From contig NC_086097.1 of assembly GCF_963921235.1 (NCBI RefSeq), positions 122,204,001 to 122,268,000 of the forward strand: a DNA stretch of 64,000 nt, given 5' to 3'. The translations under genes were made by a program, and so were the position numbers. Below the pieces are notes generated by a model. It searched no databases. It was not told where the DNA came from and saw nothing but the letters and a program-made list of their open reading frames with translations. The DNA comes from Mobula hypostoma (Eukaryota). Positions 62,336-64,000 of this stretch are shown one piece after another (position 1 is the first letter of the stretch; each line of letters starts with the position of its first letter).

Positions 62336-64000
62336 ACAGTAACATGATAAGAAGAGTTCATGATTATAACAAAGTACATTTATTATCAAAGTATGAATAC
62401 TGTATACAACCTTGAGATTTGTCTCCTTACAGGCAGCCACAAAACAATGAAACCCAATAGAATCCATTAAAAAAGAAAACCATCAAATACCCAATGCGCC
62501 AAAAAACAAGTCACACAACCAATAAAAGTAACCAATAAACTCAGAACTGAAGTTCATGAAAGTGATTCTACAACCATAAAGTCAATCACAGCCAGTCCAG
62601 GAGCCCAGTCGTTAAAGGCCGCAGCCTCAGTTCAACGCAGAGACAAGTAAACCTCACAGAGCAGTGAGCTGAACACCGGCCTGTTCCTCTCCTCTGGCTC
62701 CAACACCCTAACTTTTAAAATCAGGCCTGGCACTTAAATCCGCCAAACATTGGGTCATTGCACAATCTTGGACCAGGGCCCTGCTGCTTTGATAGCACTC
62801 ACAGCCAAGACCCACCGCCTCAATTTGGCCCATTCCTGATCTTTCCAATTTAGCTCAGGACTTAAGTCAGTCAAACAGTGGCTTGTTCCTCGCTCTGTTA
62901 TATGCATCTAGTTATCATGTGCAACACAGGAATAGATTTGAAGTCCAAATCCAATTACCAAGCAAACCCACATTATTTTCTTCGCATTCCCACCAACTCC
63001 CTTCCACCATCCTCCCCCCACCCCATCATTCCATCTCTCCTCTATATACAGTACAGTGCAAATACCTTAGGCACATATGCATTGCATAGCTAGGATGCCT
63101 AAGACCCTTGCAGAGAGCACTGTAGTGCTGCTGCAGAAAAAAAAACAAATTTCATGACATAAATGAGTGCTGATAAACCTGATTCTGACATGGCTCTCTA
63201 TCGTGGACTGAGATTGGGAAGGAGGCAGGGAGAGGGGAATCATGATTGGTAAAATGGAAAGGGTGCCGAAGTACCAGAGAGATATTCTGTAATGATCATT
63301 AAAACAATTGTTTGGAATCAAATGACTTTGGCTGGTGTCTCAAGGCTGGGTGTGCCGGGATCTGCACCAATCCCCGCCGTGGCACTCCTTTCTGCCATCT
63401 CTTCCACACTCCTCATGCAGAGTTCCACCCTCACCATTCCCAACATCCTTTGCTCCCACCAACTCTCTGCTCCATGTTGACTCTAGCTGTATATATGTAC
63501 CTAAGACTTTTGCTTAGTCCCATATGTACTCACAATGCCCAATTAACCTATCAGCCCACATTTTTGCAACAAGGAAGGCAGAGCACTGAGAGCAACCATT
63601 CACAGTAACGCGCCAATCACGCAGAGACAGCACCAGGCCACTGGAGCTGCAAGTCAGTGGCTCAGCTGGCTATAACACTGTGGCACCCAGTCTGGCTAAT
63701 TACCTGCATTATCACAGCAAGCAATCGACATACAGCAATATCAGACATATCTACTAGTGACAATTTCTACGCGCTACTCTCCCGGTGTAGGGGAAAAGAA
63801 ATCCTGCCGACTATGCCAAATGTAGGAGCAAAATGAAAGATCACATGGATTCTGTGTTTGAAATAACAGGTGATTTACTAAGAGCTGGTAGACACCAGGA
63901 AAGCAGCCAAAGCTGATCCACCTGAGCATGAACACGCTAGAGCTTTTACATTCTCAGTTGACAAGATTACCCGTAAAACTACATTTTTTTAACACAATGG

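Noticed and set aside
1..64000. Host protein-coding genes among the short ORF-track entries
   Set aside because: Recognisable ORFs are TE fragments. The rest are antisense or alternative frames of repeats, or low-complexity sequence. No consistent exon chain was found.

Overview
This is eukaryotic, gene-poor, repeat-dense DNA, consistent with an intron or intergenic region. The repeat repertoire (CR1, Rex1/Babar, Penelope-like, V-domain/HE1-type SINEs, Tc1 and Tigger derivatives) suggests a vertebrate, most likely a cartilaginous fish; that is an inference. I could not support any host protein-coding exon, rRNA, true tRNA or CRISPR array. Nearly all ORF-track entries are retroelement fragments or noise. 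Two elements look young: a 5'-truncated CR1 (40246-42748, minus, 754-aa RT ORF) and a Penelope-like element (52508-54404, minus; RT plus GIY-YIG, inverted pLTRs, perfect 16-bp TSD) whose pLTRs carry minimal hammerhead-ribozyme motifs. Other notable items: (1) an R4/Dong-like restriction-endonuclease LINE inserted into the TAA-rich tract of another LINE's 3' UTR; (2) a HERO-like LINE 3' end; (3) three related solo LTRs with 4-bp TSDs; (4) a Tc1-derived non-autonomous family with a terminal TIR hairpin; (5) multi-layer nested insertions; (6) an unexplained 559-bp inverted duplication 13.4 kb apart (45507-46065 and 59486-60044). All family assignments come from motif recognition by eye, not from database searches.
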